This document shows positions 1-13,232 of a stretch of 64,000 nucleotides of DNA, piece after piece. Position numbers and translations under genes: made by a program. The notes under the pieces were generated by a model that worked only from the letters and a program-made list of their open reading frames with translations, was not told where the DNA came from and made no database searches. Source of the stretch: Sphagnum compactum. Lineage: Eukaryota. Every line of letters begins with the position of its first letter. Position 1 is the stretch's first letter. Location: positions 8,112,213 through 8,176,212 of the forward strand of contig OZ234493.1 of the NCBI GenBank assembly GCA_965153455.1. The letters are read 5' to 3'.

Positions 1-530
1 TGGAGAGTCCAAATCAAATCTCAAATTTTGCATAATTCCACATTTTAGGGAAGGACTGTTTACAGCAAGTTCTATTACATTACAACTACCATGCTTCACA
101 GCACATCCACGGTGACATATACATTCCTCTAAACTATGGTAGCCACTTGAACTGCCAAGTGCTTGCCAAGCAACTATTACAGACAATGCAGAGAGATTAC
201 AAATCATGCTTCAAGAAGATACAATGCATCAGCAAGTTGTATGCGTTGATTGGAGGACATTACCAGCTCATCAGCTATACAGCAAAGTGCTAGTAGCTTT
301 GCTCAATATAGGACAACTAATGCTTGCACCTTAGATCTTTCTCCTCAAGAATCCAGGGCTCACATTTCCACTTCAAACTCACAAGAACTGAAGCATATAC
401 TCATCACTAACTCATGGTAAAGGTGTGTGCAGATACCACCTCTTACAGTAACCATGATTGAGGCATATGTGTAGATGGAACAATGAACAGGAAGAGGTCA
501 CCCAATTGTTCTCACAGCAGGAGCTGAAAG

Positions 531-2669
531 TCAGAATGTTGAGTGTGAACGTGGTAAGCCTGAAACCTTGGCAGGTAGGACAGCTGTAAATGCAACATCC
601 ATAAGGTCCTGCTTATGGTCTGTCTCTCGTTTCCGTTTTGGTGAAGATGGTGGAGAAAGGTCACTAGTTGATGCCCCATTGGCATTCCTTTCTGCACGCA
701 CTTTGATTGGTGATGGCACTTTATCCAAAGCATATCTCTGCACACAATGACAGTATACTTAGTGTCCTCCACACAGATATGAACCATATACAAGACAGTG
801 ATCAAAGCAGCAAATAGTGTTCTCCACAAAACTCTCCAAAGCCAAATGCACCTTCTGTAACTGCTTTCTAAAAGACTGGCATGTGGACATACAAGACAGC
901 ATGGATCCTTCCAGTGTAATGTTTGGTGACACCAATCCAAAATATCCTCAAATATCTCTCAAGAGAATCAAGAAATCTCCAGTAACATGTAGCAACTTCT
1001 CTATCATAACTTCCCCACTGACTTTATCAGCTCCCTACAGTGGGTAATAGGCCAGCGTAATCACTAACCTGCATACTGACTTTCTGTTGCAAGTCCAGAA
1101 GCAACAGAAAGACTCAGCCATGATACTGGCTAGCAACAAACAACAACACAAGGAGAAACACAAAAAGAAAAGAAGAGGGAAAAAACAAAAGATGCACAGA
1201 AGCGGAAAACAAAACATAGAAAAACAGACTACAGAGAAAAAACATAGACCAAGTGAGCTTACAGGAAGTTCCCCACTTGCAAGACTCTATACAAAGTCAT
1301 CTGGAATAATTTATTGAGCAATCCTCTAGTCCTCTTTAACAGAATCTTTAGATGCAAGCCTTTATTCTTCAGATGGATGATAAGACTGACCATCTGAGAA
1401 AAAAAGAAAAGGGACATCAGAAGACAGACTTGAATAAAGAAGGCAAAGTGCAGAAAGACAAGCAGAATGATTTTGGATCACCCACCTGGAAGAACAATCT
1501 TTCCCCACATACATGATGTATAATTGTGGTTATACTGCAGTTTATTTGTACAGGGTGATTTTCTCACAACTTTCACCCAGTCAAGGACAGACATCTCCAC
1601 CTGACCTAGAAGTTACTTGGTGTGACCCACAAGCAGTGCACTATGCAGATCTCATGTTATTTGTCAACTCAAGGCAAGTAATTTATTCACCTCCATCCTT
1701 GGAAGCTGTAGTCGACCAAGAGGTTGTTTAGAGAAATGCATAGCAGGCATATCATCTAAAGAGAATTGCATAGCAGGAATATCATCTGAACCCTTGCTGC
1801 TCCCTTCAAACACCTGCCACCCACAATGTGTGAGTCCACAATTCGTTCAAAGCCAGAACAATGTCTGCAATCCTTGACAGTTTGAGGATCATCATTCTAA
1901 ACTCTTGAACATGGGGTTGAATATCATCTGAACATAGAGCCTGCATATCAGTGGAAGGTTCTCCTAAGGTAACAGGGGAAGTTTGTGCAGTAACACACTC
2001 ATAGCACTCAGTTTTTGCTGCTGGAGCGGTGGCAGAACTAGACTGTAAAGATGAAATGTAAGGAAGATGGGTAAGAAGAAGAGCTCCATAGTCCCCCTCA
2101 CAAGAAATTCAAAGACACCCATGGTAAAGCTATCTTAATTGTGTTTCCTAAGGAGGAGAGTAAGCCAGTTTTGCAAGTGGAGCTATCTTGATTGTGTTTC
2201 CTCTGGAAAGAAGTAGTAAACCAATTTTGCAAAGTGGAAAAAGATGATATGAAAGTCCAGAGTTCTGTTGGGCATTTGTGAGGCGACTTACAGAACTCTC
2301 ATGTACAATCTCCAGTGGACATTTAGGGTTGCTGGAAATGAAGTCCATGGTTTTCACATTTGGCAATTCTTCCTCACCTCCAGACCCTGGCTCTGCAGAG
2401 TCACTTCCAACAAATTGCTGAGGTTTTGCTCAAACCAATTACTGTTATTGTCATGCGCTGATGAACTACTGCAAACCCTAAACCTTACTAAAGACAAGAA
2501 CAGACACTCCTTACTACAGTGGACTAGCACCTTATAAGCTCAGCAAACTAGCACAAAAACCTCTTTATTTCCTTCATGCCTCATGGCTACCTGAATCATT
2601 TTGTGTGCTTGCCCTTCTGTCCTCCACATTCAGGAGATTGGATCCTGGAAGCTCGTGCCCGGTGCTCAT
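531..2669 (-). CDS. Putative multi-exon gene of unknown function; exon structure only partly resolved and may continue off the left edge
   Basis: Upstream (CT)n tract (GA repeat ~3705-3729) and telo-box. ATG at 2669 (MSTGHELPGSNLLNVEDRRASTQNDS) is followed by a GT donor, then exon-like segments with AG/GT borders: AKPQQFVGSDSAEPGSGGEEELP (~2430-2292), SSSATAPAAKTECYEC (~2043-1900), VFEGSSKGSDDIPAMQF (~1813-1690), RYALDKVPSPIKVRAER (~740-555). No domain recognised. Confidence 0.35.
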
Positions 2670-3704
2670 GGATAGAGTATGCAGAGGAAAAGACCACTTG
2701 CAAGAGAAGACAACCAAAGTGCCTAAGATAATGTTATGATGTGTCACCCGTTAGAGCTCCAATGCAGATAGTATCGAATTGCAAAATTTTGGAGCATGAG
2801 ATGCGCTTGAGCATTGAACAGAAATTTGTTGCTGTCTCGAAATCAGGGTTAGAGCAGTTCTAGGGTTTCAACTGATATCTAATCTGTTGTCAGAACGGTA
2901 TGATCACTCTTCAAGAGTCTGAACCTCTGAGAGCACATAAGAAAGGTTTCCGAGGATGTTATCTACGTGAGAACAACGAGGAAAAGAAACAAATGACAAG
3001 ATCCAGAAGACTGGTTCAGAAGCATAAGCTTGGTAGACGAAGATGGAACCCAAAATCAGCCGGGGATGCAAGCAACAGGACCTGGGGGACTACTCTACAA
3101 ACAAGGATAAAGTTCCGAAGGCGCAGACAATACAGACTCGCAACTTACAATGTCGTTACACATACGAGACATGAAGTCGATGACACGACTGCAGCAGAGA
3201 ATGTCGGGGTACAAAGCAGAAGCAAGTTCAACTAGAGGAGAAAAAAGAACACCAACACGTAACCTACTGGGGGGAGCGAGATTCTCCTTGGAAAGAACAC
3301 AGAAGAGAAACGAAGAGAGCAGGCAAGGAAAGGAGGCATGAGATAATTTCGCTGGGAGATGATTTGCAAACTCTCGTCTCGAAAAAATTGCAAACTCAAA
3401 ACATCAAGAACGCCACAAAAACGATAGTCACGTAGCAAAGATACTCACAAGCAAGCACACGTGACTGACTTGCGGCGACAATCGGTTGAGAGACCCGGCT
3501 GGTGCGAAATTGCAGCGCAGCAGACCCCCCAGAAAAAGGCAACTTCTTCAAAAGCTTCTCAGAAGTTAAGTACAAATGATGTGTTTGCAGGCGAAAGCCA
3601 AACCAAAAAAATTACAAAGAATTAAGCAGGAAGATGGCGCAAATTCCGCAAGCGGGAGCAAAGAGTACGACGCAGCTTGGCAGGAACAAAGCGCACAGAA
3701 ACAA

Positions 3705-3845
3705 GGAGAGAGAGAGAGAGAGAGAGAGATCCCTAAACCCTAAAAAAAAAAACCCAGAAAAATTTTCTGCCCGTTACTGCCCGTGATCTAAATGACAAGT
3801 CGAATGACACATGGCTGTCACGTGTCGTCCACATCACGTGACATG
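3705..3845 (-). promoter_or_regulatory. Promoter/5'UTR-like motifs: (GA)n, telo-box AAACCCTA, two G-box/ABRE CACGTG
   Basis: (GA)n ~3705-3729; ccctaaaccctaaa at 3731; CACGTG at 3819-3824 (ACGTGTC) and 3835-3840. The G-boxes may instead belong to the Helitron 5' end. Confidence 0.3.
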
Positions 3846-6800
3846 GGGCTTTGAAATCTAAGACGTTGTATATGTGCATTTATGTATGTATACAAATACA
3901 TATATTATTGTGTGATTTATTTGTACATGTTTGTGTGTATGTGCATGTATGTGTTTATGCATGTGTAATAATGTTAAGGTTATTATGTTTTCAACGTTTT
4001 TTTTCAGGTATTTGTAAACTCAAAGTAAGTGCGACTTTTTATTTTCAAAATTATACTACAACTTTTATAATATTAATCTTGGTATCGAAAAACACATTAT
4101 ATGTTTTTTGGTCTATGAATTTTTGTCTATCAAAAGAGAATTTTTGTACTTATTGCAAATGTTTTTTAAAAATTCTGACCTAGAGTTTTTTTCTTGTGAC
4201 TGAAAATATTTTAAAGCTAATATAAATTTGTCGTTTTGAATTAATGTTTTGAATTAAAATTTATCTTCTAAATTTAAATTTGGGTTAAACAATAAAAATG
4301 AATAATATAATCATTTTTTCAATCGCAATGTCAATGATTAACTTTTATGATATGAGGTTTTTGAGAGTTAATTTAATAGTTCTTTGTGTTAGAGTTATGT
4401 AAATAAAAACTTGCTTATAATTTTAAGCATTTAGTTAATCACAAAAAATAAAAATGTATAAACAATTATAAAAAGAAATTAATAATTCAAACCCTGAAAA
4501 CCCCTCAATTCATCATTGGCCAAAAACATTCCCATTATTCCTTGCAAAATTCAAAAATCCAATATCCAAAATCCAAAATCCAAAAATTCCAAAAATCCAA
4601 AATTCATATATCCAATATATCAAAGTCCAAAATCTAGTTCCAAAATTTTAATATAACACCTAAGATGTGTAAAACTAAGATAAATTATAGGGTTGCTAAG
4701 AGCATGCCAAAAACAAAGTTTTTTGAAAAGCTCAAACCTTCAATAGCAATTAGGACTTGCTCAACATCATCATCATCATGTACAGATTTGGCAATCCATC
4801 CCCGGTATTAGAGTAAGAGCTCAATCATAACCCCCATCCTAAGTATTATTTCTTGCGATAAGACTAGAATTGCCAAGAAGGAACTGATTATTTGTAGCCT
4901 CTAGGCACTCATAATGCGATTCATTGTGCAATGCTAACCTCTAAGCTATACACAAAATGATGAAAATCAAACTATCAATCAAAGTCAAATCCTATGCATG
5001 GAAGCAAGTTCATTTTAATGTGAGGGATAGAGAATTACACCTTTGATAAAACATGTTGCAAAAAAATTCAGTTGTTATAATCAAGATAAGTGCCTCCCTA
5101 ATTGAGAATTGCATCACTTATAAGAAGGCCTACATTTTCCTCTCCAAACAACACCTTGCATGCCACAAATGTCCAATCCCTATTATGACAAAAAAAAATA
5201 GGAACAAAAAAACTAATGACCTTATCACTGGATAAATTCTGAAGCTTTAAACACACATTCCACAAAGTCAGGTGATTTCAAACTCATGAAGGGCATGGCA
5301 TTCCACAAAGCTATTTGGTGAAAACTTATCTTTGATGAAACTACAATATTTCAACCCCTTTATCCAAACCCAAAAATTTGGTTTCCCAATTTACCCACAT
5401 AAAGAGTCAATAAGTGTTTTTTCCATGAATGAATTCTACATAATCTCCATCAAAGGAAACTCTTTCACCCACCATAAGTCTCAAAGTTTTTGGTTTGACA
5501 AGGCTTTGAGGGGAGTTGCGTAGAACAACCGCTTGCCCCTGGCTAGGGTTGCAATAGTTGTAACCTTTGAAACTAGAGTTTCCCACCACTTGTAGGTGCA
5601 TAAACCACCAATGATGACCCCTACAGAAACCCATTAATTGTTATTTGTTGCCATCACCAGAAGAAAAAAAATGTCATACAAATCAAGGATGAAATCTTGT
5701 AATCATTTTCACAAGTGTAGGTTTATAACTAGTTTTTTGTTGGAAAAGGCTCAATTTTTAGCTGGTTGACTTGCAAGTCAATGATTGTCCAGATTAAAAC
5801 TTATTGCAATGACATTAAGGTTTAGGTCAAGAATGTTTTGAGGTTTAGGGATTGAAGAGGGTAGTTTTGCATTAGGTAGAGAGGAATTATGGTAGTTAGG
5901 GGATGGCATTATAAGGTTTTGTTCATGGAGAGGGATAAGAAAAGGAAAAAAAATTCATTTGAAACTTATTAAGTGGGTAGTCGTATAATTCGACAATATT
6001 TTTTGTTGTAATAGTGTGTCCATCATTTGCTTGAACTCGGTTGCAAAGTTGTTTTAGTCATTCCCTCTTATCCTTGTTAATTGAATTTTGTTCTACAAGC
6101 AATTTGTTTCTAATTTCATTTTGCTCAACCAATAACTTGTCTCTGTTAATTGATGTTGTAACTTCAACAAAATCCACATCACTAGCAACGGATTCATAGC
6201 TAGCAGAATCATTAGCTCCTAATCTTCACTGAAATTATTGTCCTCCTCCTCTTCCTCCTCCTTGTTATCTAAATAATCATCTATGTATCGTTAAAAAAAG
6301 AAATTATAGAAGAAATTCCTCCAAAAATTTGGACTACTTGGGGCTCCTCCATCACCCTCCACTCCAGGAAACAAATAAAAAAGGACTTCATCTTATTCTA
6401 TTTTTCGAATTTTTTTTCTTGTTAGTAGCAAAAGATTCTGCAATCAAATTCCCCACAGCTTGCAATAGTAGTTTGGGAAAGATAATGGAATCCCTACAAC
6501 AACAATTAGTAATTGAGAATAAAAGAAAGTGGAATCTCTACAACAACAACTATAGTTGCCATAACTTCTTTTCTCGAATCCTAAACCTCATTGTCCCCCA
6601 AACCTAAACCTCATTGTCCAATTCCACTATTTTATTCACATTCTAAACACCAAAATATTTTTTTTGATTTAAACAATCTCGACATTTTTATCAAATAAAC
6701 TTGTTCACCTAATGTGAAACCGGTTCTAATAAGGTAAAAGTTACAAAACTTGGATGCGATGCGATAATCCATGTCCCTTTGGGGGCAAGGCCCAATCAAA

Positions 6801-8099
6801 TGGAAAAAGAGATCTCAATTGAGACTTCAAACTAGGATGCATCACTTCGTTGTTGTGAATTCATCCATCAACTCTAGTTTTTTTGTCATCCATGTGTGGT
6901 GTCTTTAACCCTAACCCAAAAAAAAAAAAGGAAAATGAAAAAAAAAATTGACCTCTGTTGATAATTCAAATTGTGGGGAATAACAAATGCTCATTTATTT
7001 TGTCAAGTTGTCATTTCTTATTTGTCAAGTTCACTATGCCAAAATGTTAAATTGCCAGCTCCACATTGCCAAATCATCAAGTCCACATTGCTCAATATTA
7101 ACTTCACATTGCTCAATCATCCACATTACTCAATCACCAACCTAACTAGATTAAGTACCACATTAGGGTAGGTATGTAGGTGGATAGGTAGATTAAACAA
7201 GTAGGTACTTAGGTGTGTAAATGCCCTAAACCCTATTTAGTTAACTCCTAATTATTTATATTCACATTGCCAAGTTTTTTCACTTTACAAGTGCGTAGTG
7301 CCAAAATTTCAAATCCACGTGTTTCCAACATAATCACGTGATGTCACATGGTAAGTAAGTGCACATGGCAACCAAACCTTAAGAGCTTAACCTAGGTCAC
7401 TTATCTTAAAAATAAACTTAAAATAAATTAGTTAAACTAGTCAATTGCAAATGTGAGCAGTCGAATTTCTCATCTTCATTTTGAAGGTTCAAGTTCTTTA
7501 GATTTATCCAAAATCTATGGTTTAAACCATGTATATTTATGTGTTGTAATGTTTTTAGATATGAAAAGACACATCTTTGATTAAATTATGTATGAAAAGA
7601 CACATTGTTTGATTTTTTTCTCCAAAATGTCTTCGATTGTTGCATGTTCCTCTTCTTTGCATTGGTGAGGAAGAGGAGGAGACAAAAATTTAAACTTTCA
7701 AAGATTTGAGGTTGTCCATGATCAGTTTGAATGGATATTAAGTAAAATTTTGTTTTCCTCTAGCTTCTCCCATTGTTTCATATTCCATTGCAGAATCTAC
7801 TTTTTCATCTTCAAATCCATTTGACCGATTATTTTTTGACCTTCTTTTTTTTAGGTTTCTTTTCATGCTTTGTTGGTATGGCAATAATGATCCTTAATGA
7901 TGTTTTTTTTAAAAAAATCCTTGGCTCATCAAGAACAAGCAATAACAAAGCCATGATGCATGCACATTTAATGAATAGCACATGTTAACTCTCATGGCCG
8001 AATCAGAACACCCCATCAACAATAAAAGACCTCTTAGCTTAGTGTATAAGGCATATGTCATTTACCACCTAAAATCTTCCTGAATGTTCAACACAGAAA

Positions 8100-11000
8100 A
8101 ACAATAAAATTGCACTAGGCAATTCATTTTAAAATTGATGGCGAATGGTCATTTAATTAGTTCAAAATTTAGTTGGTGTAGTGTTTTGACCAAGGTGCAT
8201 AATTTGGTGCTTATGAAAGGAAGCCGATAATTCAACATATTTGGGGCAACCGTCCCATTTTTTCATTATCACTCCAAATAGTGCAAATAATCATTCACAC
8301 TTAATATGATCTTTACCAACTCAAAATTGTAATATCAAATAAAGCAATTAACGAATAGCAATTCCTCATAGGATAATTCATATAGGTGTATGGCACATCA
8401 CCAATTATGTCAGGGTGATTTATAATGACCAATTTTGCCATATGGACACCACCATCCTACAGAGTTCATATGAAAAAACAATTATATTAGCCAATGATCT
8501 TGTTGTTTGTGCTCAATATTTCGACCGGATCATGAATATTGTCATCAACGTATTAATGGGGTGGGATAGAAAATTACAATGTCCTACTCCAAGCGGTGGA
8601 CTATTTGGCTTTTGTAAAAGGTTTACATCCACAAAGTCCCAAAGAATTGGGAACCTCCACGCCCATTGGTTGGTGTATACCCATGGCATGCGAACCACTA
8701 CCACTAGGTTTTTACAACTTGTTAATTAAAGATCCAAACTCCTTGTTTATGAACTGCCTCATTGCACATCAAATAACACTTTTCCAAATGGAAAATACTC
8801 ATTTCAAAAAGGGCTATTTTTGTTGATTGTGATGGTCCTCTCCAAGTGCTGATGTTTTTGTTTTCAAAAGGCCTAAGTAGAACGCATGTGCTTTTATTGT
8901 GACAAATTGTCCAACATGTAAAATTTGTTTCATTAATGAACATCTCTTGAAGCAAACAACTATCAAATTGGCAACTTCCATAAGTATTCAACCTATAATT
9001 TTCAACCCCATTGAGATTGAAAACCTCATTAACGCATCGAATCTATTACCTTTTCCAGATGCAAAGTCCAACACCTTCAAAGTGGATTCAACTATATTAT
9101 CCTTAACAATATCAAGGTACCAAAGCCATTTTTGAGCTCATTCAAAATCTTGTTTCAAGAAATCTACACGCACATTTTTTGGAATAATGTGCCACTTTGC
9201 TTTCCCCCAATCAACCACTTTGATGACAATGGTCAATGTTAATTTCAAGATCATTTTGTAGCTTCAAATCAACAATGAATACATCAATTGGTATTTTCCA
9301 ATAGTCACTACCACATTCAAATGTAACCATGACATACATTGCCTTATTGGTGGAGATGGACCTGACTTAACATATTACATTATAAAATATATAACCAAAA
9401 ACCAAAATGAATTTGGGAATTTAGCTACCTTCCATTTATGTGCATTTGACAAATGGGTTGGTCAATAGTTTAACCTTCAAAATGATGTAATTATTATATA
9501 AAAAGATGCTAAGGGATATCAAACATGATATGTTCTCTTTCCTTGAAGCAACATATTGTGATTTTGATGGCATCCCTATGTTTACTTTGAGGTGGGCCCT
9601 TTTACGAGTTTCATGAATTTGCCATGTTATTCATTAGGCACCTTTTAGATATTTTGATGAATATTGTGGAGGCTTCACTTATAAGATCAAAAAATGGAGA
9701 TGTGGTTATTTACACACCTACAAATTATTCATGTCATCTAGACTCATTAGAACACTTGTCCCTTTATGAGTTCACCTAAACTTACAAAAAAATTGTTTCC
9801 ATCAAACAACTCCTATTCAAAGAGACCCCACCTTCAACAGGTTTCCCATTCACTAAAGGCTTAAACCTTTAAACACATTGTCAATGTTTGATGGAATTCA
9901 ATTGCCGAATATATCACAAAAGGATTTGGCATCTAAAAAACACATGTCCTACTTCTAGATAGTACTTATATTGCGCAAACCCTTTTGCTACCTCAATGAC
10001 CTCTTGGATGATCATTTTTCATAGGAACACGTATTTCAATCACACAACCAATTTGTTGCCATGCAAGCCTACATAAAGCATTGTGAGGATTATTATGTGG
10101 GCAAGTGAAGAGCAAATGAGATGCATGGCATCGATCACAAATCTAAAATTTTATTGGACCACCTAGATGACACCAATTCTTTTGCACCAAATTCACCTTG
10201 TTGTAACAATGATGAATATTATGAAGATGATCCAAATGATAATCATGAATTTGACTTTAACAATGACATGGAAAACATGACCTTTCATAGTCTATATATG
10301 ATGACCTCAACGCCATACCTAATTCATTTGTAATGTTGAAAATCTAATCGTTTCACTTCCGCATGTTACTCCCATCATATTTTGCCATGTGGATCCAACA
10401 ACGTTTCAAACTACAATGAAGGATTTTTGTGATGTTGCACATGCCAATTCAATCCTCCAACATTTTACAACTACATTTATTGAATTCAATATGCATCTAG
10501 TCCCAATGGAAATGATTGCAACAACGTTTATATGGATTAGACACCCCTTCTTTCTATTTCATCTCCTTGTATAATGTACCCTTCTTTGAAAGATGTTTCA
10601 ATTGTTTGTAATCTTAACCAAAAGCAACATGCCATGTTCATGTTGGTGGGGCACATGTTGCTAAACTCATATGATAATCTTACACCTACAAAGCCTTTTT
10701 CGCTTGGCCCTTGGTGAAGATCCATGAATGGGTCATGTTATTGGCTACTAATTGCCATAAATTGCAACTACACATCACCAATTCATTGATGAAACTTATG
10801 GATATATAATGCTTGTTTCATCCATGTAATTACCTAAAATAATCTTCATAAAAGTGTTTGGCCATGACCAAGTTTTAGATCCTAAATTTTTGCCAACATT
10901 ATTGGCATCCACCCAATATTGGAATGAGATATATTCATCAAACTTTCAATTTAAAGTTTCATTATTTCTATTGAACAGATTCCCATTGTCCCTGCCTTTG

Positions 11001-11870
11001 TTCTCACAATTAACAAATGCCAAGGACTAACTTTTTCAAGAACTATCCTTGGACCACTCTTACCTCCATCTTAATGAAACTAGAAGAAAAATGGCACATT
11101 ATGTGTAGCTCTATCATGAGAAATTTTTGATAGACTTCCAAGTTCTTGAACCCCTTTCCCATACCGTTTTAAAATATTTCCAATGAGGAAATTTTCACTT
11201 CATAGAATACACATGTTTACAAGTTCTAGAGCACATTGTTTGATGCACATATTTGAATCATGCATTATGGGAAAATAACCAAAATAATAATAATATGAAT
11301 TTATTTATAACAACCAAATAATCTTAATAGAATTTGAATTTGCAAACAACTGTATATATATTTGTGTATAACTTATGAACTTTGATGAGTTATCCCCATA
11401 TTTTTTAAAAATCGTTTTGATGTAACTTTCACATAAAAACTTAAGGATACCTAGGTTAATAGCCTCCTAAAATATGATTATTCTAGCTACTTAAGTTAAA
11501 CCTACCTTGATCTTCAACTTCCACCAAACATTGTTGGCATTCACATGATTTTGGAATGAGGTGTTTCCATCCAACTTCCAAATCAAAGGTTTAATGTTTG
11601 TATTGAGCAAATTCCGGTCATCCCCACCTATGCTTTGACTATTGACAAATGCCAAGGATTGATTCTTTTAGGAGCTATTCTTGGCCCACTCCTACATTGC
11701 TCACTATTGTCTCCTTAAAAAAATGGCACATTATATTTAGTTCTGTCATGTGTGAAATGTTTGATTCACTTGCAAGTTCTTGAACCTCTTTCCCAAATTA
11801 TTTTACAATATTTCCAACCTGGAATTGTTCATATTGTAGAAGAAACCCGTTTACAATTATTTATATGATG
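8100..11870 (+). pseudogene. Helitron Rep-helicase pseudogene with many stops and frameshifts
   Basis: Rep: NDLVVCAQYFDRIM...GGLFG...KSQRIGNLHAHWLVY (HUH motif, 8490-8690); QSH..HSKSCFKK...CHFAFP (~9120-9210); FKCNHDIHCLIGGDGPDLTYYIIKYITKNQ (Y2 motif, ~9317-9405). PIF1-type helicase: LNQKQHAMF (~10613), QIPIVPAFVLTINKCQGLT (~10976) and QIPVIPTYALTIDKCQGL (~11608). Confidence 0.85.
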
Positions 11871-13132
11871 AATGAAAACAAAACAAAAAACACAAGAAAA
11901 TGATAAATTGATTTATAAATCTTATGATGAAACACCATATATTATTTTAGATATCCAATTCTATGACAATATAATCTAAAACACCACATTACATAATAAA
12001 CAAAAAGAAATCAAAACATACATATTCATAAATATTTATTTATTAATCATAGTCCAATGATTCATCAAGTGCAAGTCATCAAACCTTATTTTGTAAATCA
12101 TTATCCTATGATTCGTTGCTCTTCAATCAACATAATTTACCAAATCAGCATATATTAAATTAAATATATTTGATTTTTAGAAATGAAATAAATGTTTAAA
12201 TATTTTTTATAGTCAAAATTTCAACCCAATTTCAAATACAAGTTACAAACTCAATAATGATGATAACCCGCACATTCAAAACATCTTTAAAACAAACATC
12301 AAATCATTTTTAAAAAATCAAATATGACAAAAAAATTCACTTTTTTTATAATAAAAACAACCTCATTCAACCTTTTTAAAACCATTGTCATAAATGCAAA
12401 CACCAATTGTTAATGTGACAATTAAATATACAAAAACATCGATGAGGTTGGAATGGATATACTTGAAATTGCTCCCAACAATTAGCCCGATCAAATGAAA
12501 CTCCAAGTTCTATTGTTGTGTATTTGTGATAAACATGACAATATAAAAGCACAAAACTTTGCCAAACAAAACATTGAACTTTGACACATAGAATTCAAAC
12601 AGGGACTAAAACCTATTTAATAAATACAACAATAAAGTGAACAAATATTCAACCTTACCATCTAAATTCCCAAAAGAGAAAGAGCAAAATATTTACATGT
12701 CAAACACCCCTTCTTCTCCCCCGAATTTCAAACGAATCCAATATCGAAAACCTAATCACGACTATCCAAAACATGTTAAAACCTCTAACACATTACAGAG
12801 GTTTTTGTCAAGCCATAGAAATCATTGCTGCAAACCTCTAGCAAAAGCATCACAATGGTTGTTCATTACAAGCTACAGGTGTTGGAGGATGAATCCACAA
12901 AACATTTTTCACACAACTACAAAGGTCCAAAGAGGATCACAAATGCCCAAGGAATAGTTACAGAGATTGAAAGAGGATCACAAACATATCGAATCCTAGT
13001 TATAAAGGTTCAAGTTATACCACAAAGATCCAAAGAAAACAAAGCATCGGTCTGAAAAGGATCACTGTATCATCATTGTAGAGGTGCAAAACAATTTTCA
13101 AATGTCTACAAAATGGCTACATAGGTTTAAAT

Positions 13133-13232
13133 TATATCACAAAGCTTCAAGTCATAACTATAGAGATCCAAATTTGCAAGTTTGGTTGCTTATTTGGATC
13201 TGTATAGTTATGACTTGAAGCTTTGTGATATA
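13133..13232. repeat. Near-perfect inverted repeat: 41-bp arms, 1 mismatch, 18-nt spacer
   Basis: tatatcacaaagcttcaagtcataactatagagatccaaat (13133-13173) pairs with atttggatctgtatagttatgacttgaagctttgtgatata (13192-13232). Confidence 0.9.
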
